Positions 38,694-50,689 of a DNA stretch of 64,000 nucleotides are shown here, in pieces. The notes below the pieces were generated by a model. The model ran no database searches. It was not told where the DNA came from and worked only from the letters and a program-made list of their open reading frames with translations. This stretch comes from a virus: positions 30,844-94,843 of the IMG/VR virus record IMGVR_UViG_3300027586_000004. One strand, 5' to 3'. The position numbers and the translations under genes are program-made. Each line of letters begins with the position of its first letter. Position 1 is the first letter of the stretch.

Positions 38694-39124
38694 TGGCAAC
38701 CAATAAGCAGCTTCAGAAGAAGAAGGCGCGCGAACTCAAGGGCAAGGCTAGAACCGCGGCACGGCGGCACAAGCTCGAACAGATCAAGAGGGATGAGAAG
38801 AAGGGCGCAAAACTGAACAGAAGGTTCAGGGAAAAGATCGTCCCATTCGTCAAGGATCTAGAGAAGAAGAAGTCCATAGAGGAAAAGAGCAATCAGAAGT
38901 CAATTGAGAAGCTCGAAAAGAACATGCAAATTCTCAAGGCTTTGGAGGAGGAGCATCTCAGGGAGGCCGAAGAAAGACGCAAGATCAACGAGAGCCTTGA
39001 GGCCGAGGGTCACATCACGCTCCAGGATAAGTTCAAGGCTATTGAGGAGAAGGCCAGGGCGAGCCTTGATGATGAGCAAGTGGCGTTGGGTGGTATAGAT
39101 TTGACCGCGGAAACACCATCTTGA
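38690..39124 (+). CDS. Hypothetical coiled-coil protein
   Basis: AAGGAG RBS, K/E-rich. Confidence 0.7.
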   Translation: MMATNKQLQKKKARELKGKARTAARRHKLEQIKRDEKKGAKLNRRFREKIVPFVKDLEKKKSIEEKSNQKSIEKLEKNMQILKALEEEHLREAEERRKINESLEAEGHITLQDKFKAIEEKARASLDDEQVALGGIDLTAETPS

Positions 39125-39164
39125 ACTGGATTCTGTCGGTGAGAAAAAAATCTAAAAAAATCTA

Positions 39165-39193
39165 TTGACAGCCACCCTATATTACATTATAAC
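39165..39193 (+). promoter_or_regulatory. Strong sigma70 promoter upstream of SSB
   Basis: TTGACA-17 nt-TATAAC with upstream A-tracts. Confidence 0.85.
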
Positions 39194-39255
39194 TTGCTGA
39201 CGCGAACAGAAGTAGCGTTGGTTTGAACTTTTAACTTTAACAATGGAGAATTAAC

Positions 39256-40188
39256 ATGTCACTTGATCTTGGTTCACTTCGTAGCGATTATAAGGGTCTC
39301 AAGTCCGCCGAGGGTTCTGGCGGCTCCTTCCTCGAGAATTTCGTAAAGATGCCGGAAGGCAAGGGGAGCGTGGTGATGCGACTTCTCCCCCCCGCACCGG
39401 AAAGCAAGTTCGGTCGCGAAAAGAGCCCCTTCTATCTAACCACCGCCCTCCACAGGGTGAACGGAAAGAGCATCCATGACATACGCGAGTACGTCAACGG
39501 CAAGTGGGTCGGCAATAATCCCATCGTGGATTACATCCGCCACTGCTGGAAGGAATCGGAGCAGGCCGCTCCCGCCGAGCGAGACCGCCTGCAGAGCCTG
39601 TACAGACAGCTCAAGCCGATTGAGAGGTACTACTACAACGTCATCGTACGCTCCGAGACCGCAGAAGACGGCACGGTAAAGAAGAACGTTGGGCCAAAGA
39701 TTCTTTCCGTCGGCAAGACGGTTCATGAGATCATTCTCAGGGGCATCCTCGGCGACAAGGATATGAATCAGCCGCAGCTTGGCGATGTTACCGACTTCAA
39801 GGCTGGGTATGACTTCAAACTCATCAAGACGATCCGCAAGTCGGGCGACCAGCAGTTCCCGAACTACGAGGGATCGCTTTTCCTAGATCAGAGCCCCGCC
39901 GGAGACCCAGACGAGTGCAAGAAGTGGATGGAGAACGTCCATGACCTCGTCGCCCTAAGAACCCTGAAGAGCTACGAGGATCTTGAGCACGAACTTGCCG
40001 TGCATCTCGGACTCAAGCAGGAATCTTCCGGAGGCTTTGATCCATCAAAGTTTGCCACGAAGACTCCCGCCCCCGTCGTCGAGGAGAAGGTTTTGACTCC
40101 CAAGGCGAGGGTCGAGGATGAATCCACCGGAGGCGACGACGAGATCGCCGACAAGGACTTCCTTGAGGAACTCAGAAGGTTGGGTTGA
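39256..40188 (+). CDS. Single-stranded DNA-binding protein (gp32-like)
   Basis: MRLLPP, RYYYNVIVR, GYDFKLIK, FPNY, acidic tail. Confidence 0.88.
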   Translation: MSLDLGSLRSDYKGLKSAEGSGGSFLENFVKMPEGKGSVVMRLLPPAPESKFGREKSPFYLTTALHRVNGKSIHDIREYVNGKWVGNNPIVDYIRHCWKESEQAAPAERDRLQSLYRQLKPIERYYYNVIVRSETAEDGTVKKNVGPKILSVGKTVHEIILRGILGDKDMNQPQLGDVTDFKAGYDFKLIKTIRKSGDQQFPNYEGSLFLDQSPAGDPDECKKWMENVHDLVALRTLKSYEDLEHELAVHLGLKQESSGGFDPSKFATKTPAPVVEEKVLTPKARVEDESTGGDDEIADKDFLEELRRLG

Positions 40189-40206
40189 TAGGATTTGATA
40201 AGAGAC

Positions 40207-40240
40207 CCCCTCTCCGGAACAATCGGGTTCCGGAGAGGGG
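40207..40240 (+). terminator. 14-bp perfect hairpin after SSB gene
   Basis: CCCCTCTCCGGAAC-AATCGG-GTTCCGGAGAGGGG; no U-tract. Confidence 0.6.
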
Positions 40241-40302
40241 ATATATCTCCAGCACCCAGCACCCAGCACCCGCACATAGAACTAAATACAAAGGAAAAAA
40301 AT

Positions 40303-41490
40303 ATGGCCAAATCAAAAATTAAAAGCGATGATTCCATACTGGATGAAATCCTCAGCTCCACAGGGGGCGAGACCCTCAGGAATGCCGGTCAAGTTCCCTA
40401 CTATGTGGACACCGGAAACCTTGCAATAAACTTCGCATGCAGCGGTAAGTTTATAAAAGGCGGATTTCCCGGCGGACGCATAATTGAGGCGTTCGGCCCC
40501 GAGGCTTCGGGAAAGTCCCTACTTGGATACTGCTTTCTTGGCGCGATACAGAAGCAAGACGGCATTGCCGTGCTTCTTGACTGCGAGCGTTCTAGCGGAA
40601 GCGACTTTGCCGAAAGGTGCGGCCATGTGAATCCCGACAAGCTTCTGGTTTTTGATCCAGTCACTCTTCAGCAGGTTGAAAAGAAGATCATAGCCGTCGT
40701 CAATGCCATTCGCGCAAAGTACCCAAAGAAGCCCATTGGAATTGTTTGGGACTCCATCGGAGTAAATCCCACCGATCGCGAATGGAGCGAGATTGAGCTT
40801 CCCGAGAACGCGACTAAAGCCGAACGCGACGCCGTGGGCAACGAGCGACCAGGAGAGCGAGCCAAGTTCGCCAACAAGATATTGAGAAGCCTCAATCCTT
40901 TCCTCAATGACAAGGACGCAACTCTCTACGTAGTGAATCAGGTCCGAAAGAAGATCGGTGTCATTTATGGAAATGATGAGACGACATCCGGCGGAGGAGA
41001 GGCTCTCAAATTTTATGCATCCCTCAGGTTCCGTACAGGATCGCCAAAGGCTTTTCAGGACAAAAATACAAAGTTGTCCCTCGGAACCAACATGACAATT
41101 GTCAACAAGAAGAACAGGCACTTCACCCCAGGCATTAAAATTGAGAATGTCCCTCTATTCTATGGTTCTGGGATCAATCCGCTCGGCGGTCTTATGGATG
41201 CCATTATCATGTCCAAGAGGGTAGAGCCCACAAAGGGCGCAGGAAAGTATAAAATACTTTCACCCTGGAACGGCGGAGACGAGGAGGCGGTATTCCAGCA
41301 GGCCAAGTCCGCCCCTTTTGACTCGGAGATCCTCCTTAAGTATCCGGCTCTCGTAGATGCCGAAAGTGCCGATGTGGTCACGGAGTATTTGAAGGAGTGG
41401 TCCGAAGCCATAGCCCTCACCAGTAGCGACAGCGTGGAGCAGATAGACACGAATATAAGCAACTTGATGGGCGAAAGAAATGAAGATTAA
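40303..41490 (+). CDS. uvsX: RecA/UvsX recombinase
   Basis: DTGN, GPEASGKS, DCE, WDSIG, NQVR, GGEALKFYASLR; start at MAKSK after AAAGGA. Confidence 0.92.
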   Translation: MAKSKIKSDDSILDEILSSTGGETLRNAGQVPYYVDTGNLAINFACSGKFIKGGFPGGRIIEAFGPEASGKSLLGYCFLGAIQKQDGIAVLLDCERSSGSDFAERCGHVNPDKLLVFDPVTLQQVEKKIIAVVNAIRAKYPKKPIGIVWDSIGVNPTDREWSEIELPENATKAERDAVGNERPGERAKFANKILRSLNPFLNDKDATLYVVNQVRKKIGVIYGNDETTSGGGEALKFYASLRFRTGSPKAFQDKNTKLSLGTNMTIVNKKNRHFTPGIKIENVPLFYGSGINPLGGLMDAIIMSKRVEPTKGAGKYKILSPWNGGDEEAVFQQAKSAPFDSEILLKYPALVDAESADVVTEYLKEWSEAIALTSSDSVEQIDTNISNLMGERNED

Positions 41491-41686
41491 GTTGTCGGAC
41501 GATCAGATTGACGAGGTCGTTCTTTTTGAACTTCAGAGACACTCTGATCTGCTCAAGTTCAATATATCCAACCTCAATAGAAAAAGATCTAAATCCGAAT
41601 ACGAGCAGGAAGATCTAGATAGATTTGTCGAGGCGCAAGCCGCGATGAAAGTTCTTTTGGGCTACTACGGAAGCCAACTTAACTGA
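41480..41686 (+). CDS. Hypothetical protein
   Basis: Overlaps recombinase stop. Confidence 0.55.
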   Translation: MKIKLSDDQIDEVVLFELQRHSDLLKFNISNLNRKRSKSEYEQEDLDRFVEAQAAMKVLLGYYGSQLN

Positions 41687-41921
41687 CTTTCTTGGACTCC
41701 AGCACCTTGTAGGCGACCTTTTCGTTCTTGTGGTTCTTGTTACAGAGAGCCGGAACGAGTCTCTCAAGGGTCAGGACTCTCTTTCTTTCTATATCCGCCT
41801 TAACAACGAACATCTTGGCGCCGAAGGCCCGGCAGTATTCCTTCAAGTGCTTGAAGTTCCCGAGCAAGGTGAAGAATCTCTCCTTTTCTCTCGTCTCTAG
41901 CATCAAGCATTTCAGAGCCAT
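41679..41921 (-). CDS. Hypothetical protein
   Basis: AGGAG RBS. Confidence 0.6.
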   Translation of the reverse strand: MALKCLMLETREKERFFTLLGNFKHLKEYCRAFGAKMFVVKADIERKRVLTLERLVPALCNKNHKNEKVAYKVLESKKVS

Positions 41922-42042
41922 TGAAATTTTCTCCTATTGCGTTAAAATTAACATTTTTTGTACAATCCGTCAATGCATGTTTTTTGGACGAATAATCGCT
42001 TTTATTACTTTTACAGATCATAAATAATGCGAGCGAAAAGCC

Positions 42043-42492
42043 ATGTCAAAATTTGACGAAAAAATAGAAATAATGAGGGAGTTAGCCCAGTGGCTGGTCC
42101 CCTATAATTTTCCGCTAGGCCCGGTGGAGCTGGAATACCACATAGCGCCCCTCAAGAGGTGCGAGGCCGTCGTGGACGGCTATTCCGTCGTGTTCCACAT
42201 CAACAGGGCCATGTACAACGACCACTATTTGGAGACTTTCCAGGTCTACGGCAAGTACGCTCCCTTCCTGCCCTTCTGCCTTGTGACCAAACTCGCAAAG
42301 AAGGCGCTCGGAGGGAATTTCCTTGCTCTCGTGGAGTTCTACCAGGATGACAGGAAGATCTACTGCTGGAGTGTTTGTCTAGACGACAGGGGCAGGCCGA
42401 TCTCGTCGCCGATAAAGGAGAAGTCCAAGCCGAGGGTTTTCGAGGGGTTTGAATACATGTACATGACCCCTGAGCAGCTGAATTTATACTGA
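42043..42492 (+). CDS. Hypothetical protein
   Basis: Core-like codon usage; CATAAATA upstream. Confidence 0.7.
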   Translation: MSKFDEKIEIMRELAQWLVPYNFPLGPVELEYHIAPLKRCEAVVDGYSVVFHINRAMYNDHYLETFQVYGKYAPFLPFCLVTKLAKKALGGNFLALVEFYQDDRKIYCWSVCLDDRGRPISSPIKEKSKPRVFEGFEYMYMTPEQLNLY

Positions 42493-42534
42493 TTCATGAT
42501 TCTTTGCAGTCGGTCTCAAAAAGGGAGGACGTCC

Positions 42535-42840
42535 ATGAAAAGGAACACCAGGGAGAAGATTCAGAGGCTTTTTGTTGAATATCTTTTGAAGGAGGGCGGA
42601 GTTGTTCTGACCCTTCCCAATGGGATGGTTCTTGAGGTCGGCGTCACCCAAGAAAACAGGTACGGCGACCTAGAGATAATCCCCGACTACTGCTGGGTGA
42701 TAGCGTCCCAGCGGGATCGCTCCGTCTCCATAGACAGCTACAACCTCGGAATCAGGTTCCCGGAGGGCAGGGAGATGGTGTGCGAGCACTCCATGCAGTC
42801 GTCCGATGGAACGAGCATGAACGTCCTTGATGTTATCTAG
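42535..42840 (+). CDS. Hypothetical protein
   Basis: GGAGG RBS before MKRNT. Confidence 0.65.
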   Translation: MKRNTREKIQRLFVEYLLKEGGVVLTLPNGMVLEVGVTQENRYGDLEIIPDYCWVIASQRDRSVSIDSYNLGIRFPEGREMVCEHSMQSSDGTSMNVLDVI

Positions 42841-42958
42841 CAGAATCTGATATTGACCGATCTATTAAAATCTACTAATCTATGATCCATGTGGCTCGTT
42901 GAGAGCCTTTTAATTGTCGCCTTCTTAAGGGCGTGTTTTCAATACGATGGAGATTTGA

Positions 42959-43237
42959 ATGGTTCAGCCGAAGAGAAAATTAGTAAAATCGGAGATATCT
43001 CTGATCAAGGAGTATTGTTCCAGTCTTTCGGACGAGGATCTGCATACCGTTGTCGTTATGCTTCGGGATGAGTTCGCTCTCGATATAGGTGTTGCCATGG
43101 AAATATTTCAGAAGGATGTTCCGGTGGATCGCTGGCTCGCACAGTCAACCGGCAACGACGATCTGCGCATGCGGGTTGACGGAATCGGCGAGTTTGCCTT
43201 CATGGAGGCAAACTCTAGGCTATCTAAGAAGAAGTGA
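42959..43237 (+). CDS. Hypothetical protein
   Basis: GGAG RBS. Confidence 0.6.
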   Translation: MVQPKRKLVKSEISLIKEYCSSLSDEDLHTVVVMLRDEFALDIGVAMEIFQKDVPVDRWLAQSTGNDDLRMRVDGIGEFAFMEANSRLSKKK

Positions 43238-43294
43238 TTTGGAGGGTGGGGTGGGGGCGGTCGGAATGAAAATTGCGGCTGCCCTCATTATTTT

Positions 43295-45304
43295 ATGTCG
43301 CTTATAAGACTTTCGGATCAGCTGGAACTCGTCAGCACGGCTGACTTCTCCCACGGGAAATACCCGTTTGAGAAGTTCAATCAGGTGCAGAGCCGGGTTT
43401 TTGAAATCTGTGATAAGAACTGCAACTGCGTCATTGCGGCTCCTACGAGCGTCGGCAAGACGGTATGTGCGGAGTTCTTCATGAGCCACGAGGTCCGCGT
43501 ACGCGGGGGCAAGGCCATATACCTCGCTCCCTTGAGGGCTCTCGCAAAGGAGAAGATAGACGACTGGACATCGCCCGAATCCATCTTCGGCGATCTCAAG
43601 ATCTCAATATGCACGGGCGACTACAGGCTGACTGAATCAAGGGTCAAGGAGCTCAATGAGGCGGACATCATCGTGATGACCTCGGAGATGCTCAACAGCC
43701 GATGCAGGAACATGGATTCGGAGAAGAACGACTTCCTGAGGGACTGCGGCACCATTGTCGTGGACGAGTCTCACCTTCTCACGGTTCCCGGCCGCGGAGA
43801 TCACCTTGAGGTCGGCCTGATGAAGTTCTCCGAGTTCGCCAGGGATCCGAGGATGGTGTTTCTCTCCGCGACCATGCCGAATGTCGATCAGATAGCCGAC
43901 TGGGTGGGGTGCAGCCTCGTCAAGAAGGACACCTACCTTGTGAAGTCGGAATATAGACCGTGCCCTCTGGACATCCACTACGAGAACTACGAGGTGTCCG
44001 AAAGCTACGAGCTGACGGAGGAGTACAAGGTCTCCAAGGCTGTGGACATAGTAAGGAACTATCCCGACGACAAGTTCCTTGTTTTTGTCCATTCCAAGTT
44101 GACTGGCGAACGCGTCAAAAAGGCATTGCAAGACGCAAAGGTTGAATGCGAATTTCACAACGCTGATCTTGTCAAAGACAAGCGTCATGAGGTGGAGAAA
44201 AAATTCAAATACGGAAAATTGAGGGTAATAATAGCGACGAGCACTTTGGCCTGGGGCGTAAACCTACCCTCTAGAAGGGTGGTCATAACCGGCGTACACC
44301 GGGGCATGAACGAGGTTGAGACCTACGACATATTTCAGATGGCTGGTCGTGCGGGGAGGCCGGGATACGACCCGCGCGGCGACGTCTACATTCTTCTGCC
44401 CGACAACAATTCTGAACACCACGAGGACCGACTCTCCTCGCCCAACGACATAGAATCGCAGCTTCTCAGTTACTCCGGCAAGGCAGAGGAACCCCATTAC
44501 AAGACTCTCGCCTTCCACCTCGTCAGCGAGATACACCACGGCCATATAGCCACACTCAAGGACATTCACCACTGGTACGGCAAGTCTCTGGCCTACTTTC
44601 AGTACAACGACCTTGAGGACTCCATAGTTGACAAAACGATGGAACTCCTCATGAGGGTCGGTGCGGTCAAGGAGGTCGACGGGAAGTACGAGGTCACCTC
44701 CGTCGGCAAGGTCTCCAGCATGATGTACTACAGCCCTTTTGACATTGCGGATCTGAGGAGGAATTTCAAGTACCTTTTCGGTCAGGGGCTGCAGACCAAC
44801 GATATGGCCGTCGCCCTCGCGCTCGGCAATGTAGACTCCATCAGGATGGGTTTTGTCACAAGAGCCGAAAAGGATGAAATGGAGGCTTTCGCCTCCAAGG
44901 TGCAGGACTCCTGCGGAGATAGGTATCTTGAATCATCCATAAAGGGAGCGTATGCCTACCACTGTCTCCTTAGTGGCCGTGCCCTTGGTCCGTTCAACGC
45001 AATGGCCCGGGGACTACAGATGGATTTTGAGAGGCTGGCCTCCGTGCTAAACATGCTTGACTCCATGGCTGCCAAATGGAACAAGCGGGACTTCTTCAGC
45101 AATCTCTCGCTCAGAATAGCATACGGAGTCAGGCCGGAGCTCATAGACCTATGCAAGGTTCCCAATGTCGGTAAGGTGCGGGCGGAGAGACTTTACGCCG
45201 CAGGAATAAGGAAGCCCGCGGATATGTTGAAAAATCCCCATGCTGTAAAGAAAATTTTGAACATGAAGGACGATAAGATAATGGAGATTCTCAAGGGCGC
45301 CAAA

Positions 45305-45322
<18 letters not shown>
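43295..45322 (+). CDS. Hel308/Ski2-like DExH helicase
   Basis: APTSVGKT, PLRALA.EK, TGD, DESH, LSAT, RPCPL, TLAWGVNLP, QMAGRAGRP, C-terminal GV..EL..L....VG..RAE.LY..G. Confidence 0.92.
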
Positions 45323-46972
<1,650 letters not shown>

Positions 46973-47224
46973 TCAGTTTCCAAAGAAATCGTCTTGATAT
47001 TCAATTTTTACAACTCCATTCTTGTCGGTCTTTTCGCCGGTTTTAGGATCCTCCACCCACCATCTGACTTGGCTTACTGGTATGCCGAGTTCGTCCATGT
47101 GACACGCATCACGAGGACTCACGGGCATGTGGTGTTTCTGGCCTTCCATCAGGATCGCCACATTGCATAGGCCTTCTGATCTGTTGAACAGGAGGCAGTT
47201 TCCGCATATTGGTTCTTTGGGCAT
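46973..47224 (-). CDS. Small Cys-containing hypothetical protein
   Basis: CGNC..C motif; abuts the mucin-like gene. Confidence 0.65.
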   Translation of the reverse strand: MPKEPICGNCLLFNRSEGLCNVAILMEGQKHHMPVSPRDACHMDELGIPVSQVRWWVEDPKTGEKTDKNGVVKIEYQDDFFGN

Positions 47225-47269
47225 GCAATAGTTGAGCTTTGGAAGGACAAATAAACCCGTCAGTATGTA

Positions 47270-47298
47270 TTGATAGCGGCCTGTCTTTTTGATATCAT
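47270..47298 (+). promoter_or_regulatory. Sigma70-type promoter
   Basis: TTGATA-17 nt-TATCAT, then AGGAG RBS. Confidence 0.6.
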
Positions 47299-47316
47299 CC
47301 ACACAGGAGAAAATCC

Positions 47317-47907
47317 ATGAAATTCATATGTACCGCAGGGCAGATGAGAAGTGGCAAGAATGTCACTGGAGAGTACTTGTGTGGCAAAAGTGGCTTCATC
47401 CCCGCTTCGTTCGCCAAGCCCGTCAAGGATATATATTGCGGGGCTTTCGGCGTTGATATGGATTTCGTGGAGAAATGGAAGGTAATAGACGAAAATCCCC
47501 CGGGATTTGACAAGACGGTCAGGCAATCACTCCAGTTCATAGGCGAAGGGTTCCGGAGCATAAATCCGAATGTTTGGGTAGACTACGCCTTCAGCAATAA
47601 TCCTGAAAAATCCTGCTACATGGACGGAAGGTACCTCAATGAGCTATCTAGGGTGAGGCTTGAGGGCGGAGCAAACATCCTTCTGTGGCGGCCAAGACAT
47701 GAGAACAACGACTCCAATCAGTCTGAAGCGCAAGTGAGACCTCTTGTGGATTGGTACGCCGAAAGGCGGATAGAGGGAGAGGTTGGAATGCTGGATAGGT
47801 CTTCGGCTCCAAAGGGCTGCGAATTCGTAGATTTCTTTCTGATCAACGACGGAGACATTGCGAGCCTCTACAAAAAAATAGACAGTCTCGTGATTCCAAA
47901 AATCTAG
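47317..47907 (+). CDS. Deoxynucleoside monophosphate kinase
   Basis: G..RSGK, SFAKPVK, R..LQ.IGE..R, DGRYLNE. Confidence 0.85.
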   Translation: MKFICTAGQMRSGKNVTGEYLCGKSGFIPASFAKPVKDIYCGAFGVDMDFVEKWKVIDENPPGFDKTVRQSLQFIGEGFRSINPNVWVDYAFSNNPEKSCYMDGRYLNELSRVRLEGGANILLWRPRHENNDSNQSEAQVRPLVDWYAERRIEGEVGMLDRSSAPKGCEFVDFFLINDGDIASLYKKIDSLVIPKI

Positions 47908-48680
47908 AGGACAGGCCAGCTTCTGCGGATTAGGAATCCCCCCGGTTGCTTCTCAAGCCACTTTTTGAATCCCATTCTCCCCTCGCTTGTCTGCATGGCT
48001 TGCCTCTGCTGGATTCCCATGGTCTTCGGCGACTGTGAACCCATGGGCCCGCTTCTGTCTGATGGGACGAACAGGGGCTTGTTGTAGGTCGTATTGGGAA
48101 GCTGTTGTGGCCTTGCGAAGGAGTTTGTGTTTTTTATGTCGGCCAGCGTGGCATCAAAACTTCTGTTGGTTTTGTGGTCGTACACGCTGAATTCTATTTC
48201 TTCTTGCGGCTCCTCTATGCCCTCTTGGTCAAGTATTTCTTCTATTCCATTTGAAATCTGCTTTTTCTTGTTGGCGTCGTACCCGAATAATTCTATGTTG
48301 TTAGATCTGACGGCGATCCATCCGTCGTGCTTCATGACGTAGAGCCGTGCGTCCCCGCCTCCCCCTAGAATATTGTAGACCTCCATGTTTATGCCGAGTT
48401 TCTTTATCACCATGTCTGCAGCCCAATAAACTCCGCGTTCGAGGAGTGCGTAACGGATCGCCTCTAGTAGTTCGGATGTGCTTGTGAAGGGTTCGTCGTG
48501 AATTCCCAGATCTTCGGTGTCCACGCCTAGTTCCTGGGCATAGTCCATGATTCTGTCTACATGGTCGGCCGCTATAGAATTCAGCGCGATCATCTCGTGG
48601 TTCTGATCTCCCACGTCGCCGTCCGCGAATTCAACTTGGCCCCCTTGAATCCAATATTCCCCTCTAATCTTTGACATCAC
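47904..48680 (-). CDS. Hypothetical protein
   Basis: 258-aa ORF; SEGRMGFKKWLE near C-terminus. Confidence 0.75.
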   Translation of the reverse strand: MMSKIRGEYWIQGGQVEFADGDVGDQNHEMIALNSIAADHVDRIMDYAQELGVDTEDLGIHDEPFTSTSELLEAIRYALLERGVYWAADMVIKKLGINMEVYNILGGGGDARLYVMKHDGWIAVRSNNIELFGYDANKKKQISNGIEEILDQEGIEEPQEEIEFSVYDHKTNRSFDATLADIKNTNSFARPQQLPNTTYNKPLFVPSDRSGPMGSQSPKTMGIQQRQAMQTSEGRMGFKKWLEKQPGGFLIRRSWPVL

Positions 48681-49066
48681 ATGCTCCCCGGCTGGGGCTG
48701 GAAGTCCTGGGACATGAGTTTGTCAAGGTCTTCTATTCCAACGAGGAACTTCCTCTCGTCGGGAGTTCCGTCTATTTTGACGAATCCGCCTTCTCCGTCG
48801 TCCTTGTACTGTCTGTTGCTCATGGACTTGTCCGTCGTCTGCTTGACGAGGGCGTGGGTGATCCTTCCATTGTGGTCGCGCTTGAACCCCAGGACTTTGT
48901 AGGGGGCTATGTTGCTTAGGGTCTTTCCGAAAGAAAAGAAGCTTGCGACCAAGGGCTCGTGCTCCAGGTCAGAAGGTTTTATGCCTAGTTCGTCCCTGAT
49001 CGAAGACAGGAAGGGGTGCTTGTTCTCCTCCTCGCGGAGGAATTCGGAAAAAGTTTTTTCAGTCAT
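48677..49066 (-). CDS. Hypothetical protein with capsid-targeting-like N-terminus
   Basis: MTEKTFSEFLREEE; TATATA 8 nt upstream. Confidence 0.75.
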   Translation of the reverse strand: MTEKTFSEFLREEENKHPFLSSIRDELGIKPSDLEHEPLVASFFSFGKTLSNIAPYKVLGFKRDHNGRITHALVKQTTDKSMSNRQYKDDGEGGFVKIDGTPDERKFLVGIEDLDKLMSQDFQPQPGSM

Positions 49067-49107
49067 ACAAAAGATATATATCTAGGTCGCAATTTTTTAG
49101 GAGAAAC

Positions 49108-49500
49108 ATGGCGGGTCCGGCATTTTCAGACTTCCGAGAACTCATGGACAAATGGGATGCATCGTCGCATCTTTTTTACGAGAACGACTTGTGCATGTTC
49201 TTCAAGAAAGACGGCGTCCTGTATGGAACGACCGAGCCGGGAAGGATCACCTTTGCCAGGATGAAAAGCCCAGAATCCAAGGAGGACAAGGACTGGGCGA
49301 AGGAGGCGACCTTCGTGGCCTATGACTTGGATAAGACGGCTTCCGGAGAGAAGTCCATGTCCGTTTTCGGACACAAAGATGCGGGCAAGGCCAAGATCGT
49401 GAGCCAGGACGAGGCCGAAAGGGAACTGAAGAAGAAGGGCAGAACTCTCCCCGTCGTCAGCGACGAAAGTGACGAGGACCGCACCATAGGCGAGGAATGA
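49108..49500 (+). CDS. Hypothetical protein
   Basis: AGGAG RBS. Confidence 0.7.
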   Translation: MAGPAFSDFRELMDKWDASSHLFYENDLCMFFKKDGVLYGTTEPGRITFARMKSPESKEDKDWAKEATFVAYDLDKTASGEKSMSVFGHKDAGKAKIVSQDEAERELKKKGRTLPVVSDESDEDRTIGEE

Positions 49501-49679
49501 AGAGCACATTCAGCACAATAGAAAGCTGGGCCAGTTCCATAGGCTATGTCGTGGAAAAGACCGATTGCGGATTGGTCTTGTACAAGGAGCATTGCACCCG
49601 CTTTTACAGATTCTCATCGGTGGACGAGGTCGTTGATCACATACTCTCCGAAATCAGAGATTCGCTGAAGGAGGGCTGA
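49497..49679 (+). CDS. Hypothetical protein
   Basis: ATGA-coupled. Confidence 0.55.
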   Translation: MKSTFSTIESWASSIGYVVEKTDCGLVLYKEHCTRFYRFSSVDEVVDHILSEIRDSLKEG

Positions 49680-50341
49680 TGACCCTCCCATTCGGCGACT
49701 CGTCAGGCAAGCACGTCTGCTTCTGTTGCGGAATCCAATTCTCCGAATACGAGGAGTTCAGGAGCCATATAATCGAAAGCCACGAGGAGGGCCGGGAGTT
49801 TGTCCGATGCCCCCTTGAACACTGCAAGGCGCCCGTGAGGGATGTCAAGCTCCACATGAAGGTCAAGCACCCGAACTTTGATCTCCGCAACTTCAAGGGT
49901 CAGGCGAGAGCCATAATATGGCACGACTTCTCCGCCAAGGGCAAGAAGACTAGAAAGCCCCGTTTCAAGCAGGGCAAGTACGAGTCCACCAAGACGGGAA
50001 AGACACTTGGATACAGATCGGGCCTGGAGGAAAAACTCTACAAAGTACTAGACCAGCACGACGAGGTTATGTCTTTTTATTCGGAGCCTTTCAATATAGA
50101 CTACATTCACAAGGGTCAGGCCCACAAGTACACGCCCGACCTCATCGTCAACTTCATGGACGGAAGGAGGCAGGTGTGGGAGGTGAAGCCCTCCAACCAG
50201 ACCGACCTTGAGATGAACAAGAACAAGTGGCGGGCCGCCGAGGAGGCCTGCAAGATCAGGGGCTGGTCATTTGAGGTATTTACCGAACAGCGGATAGACA
50301 AGCTTGCCGTCGAGGTCAGAAGACAGAAGCTGGACGACTGA
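49679..50341 (+). CDS. C2H2 zinc-finger plus TnsA-N/gp4-like endonuclease
   Basis: Two CxxC...HxxxH fingers; YRSGLE, SEP, YTPD, EVKP. Confidence 0.8.
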   Translation: MTLPFGDSSGKHVCFCCGIQFSEYEEFRSHIIESHEEGREFVRCPLEHCKAPVRDVKLHMKVKHPNFDLRNFKGQARAIIWHDFSAKGKKTRKPRFKQGKYESTKTGKTLGYRSGLEEKLYKVLDQHDEVMSFYSEPFNIDYIHKGQAHKYTPDLIVNFMDGRRQVWEVKPSNQTDLEMNKNKWRAAEEACKIRGWSFEVFTEQRIDKLAVEVRRQKLDD

Positions 50342-50342
50342 A

Positions 50343-50681
50343 ATGGAAATAGTCACAAAGGGATGGGGCCACGAGAAGGTGATACACAACTCGGGGGGCT
50401 ACTGCGGCAAAATACTCTGCTTCAGGAAGGGAGCGAAGTGTTCTTATCATTATCACGCAATTAAGGACGAACATTTCTACTGCGTTGGAAAAATTCTCCT
50501 GAGATACGGATGGACGGACGACATCGCCTCGACAGAGCGGGTCGTCCTAAGTACGGGGGATGACTTCCACATCCCGGTGGGAATGAGACACCAGATGGAG
50601 GCTCTCGAGGACTCCGAACTTTTTGAGTTCTCCACCACGGATTACGCGGATGATTCCATAAGAATAGTCCCCGGCGACTAG
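50343..50681 (+). CDS. Cupin, sugar-isomerase-like
   Basis: KGWGHE, YCGK, S.HYH..KDE, H. Confidence 0.8.
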   Translation: MEIVTKGWGHEKVIHNSGGYCGKILCFRKGAKCSYHYHAIKDEHFYCVGKILLRYGWTDDIASTERVVLSTGDDFHIPVGMRHQMEALEDSELFEFSTTDYADDSIRIVPGD

Positions 50682-50689
50682 ATATCGTC

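Noticed and set aside
40195-40302. 36-aa N-terminal extension of the recombinase
   Set aside because: Spans a hairpin and repeat; RBS supports the ATG at 40303
49679-50341. TnsA-like nuclease suggesting a Tn7 transposon
   Set aside because: No TnsB/C/D or transposon ends; stand-alone TnsA-N/gp4-like nucleases are normal in T4-like phages
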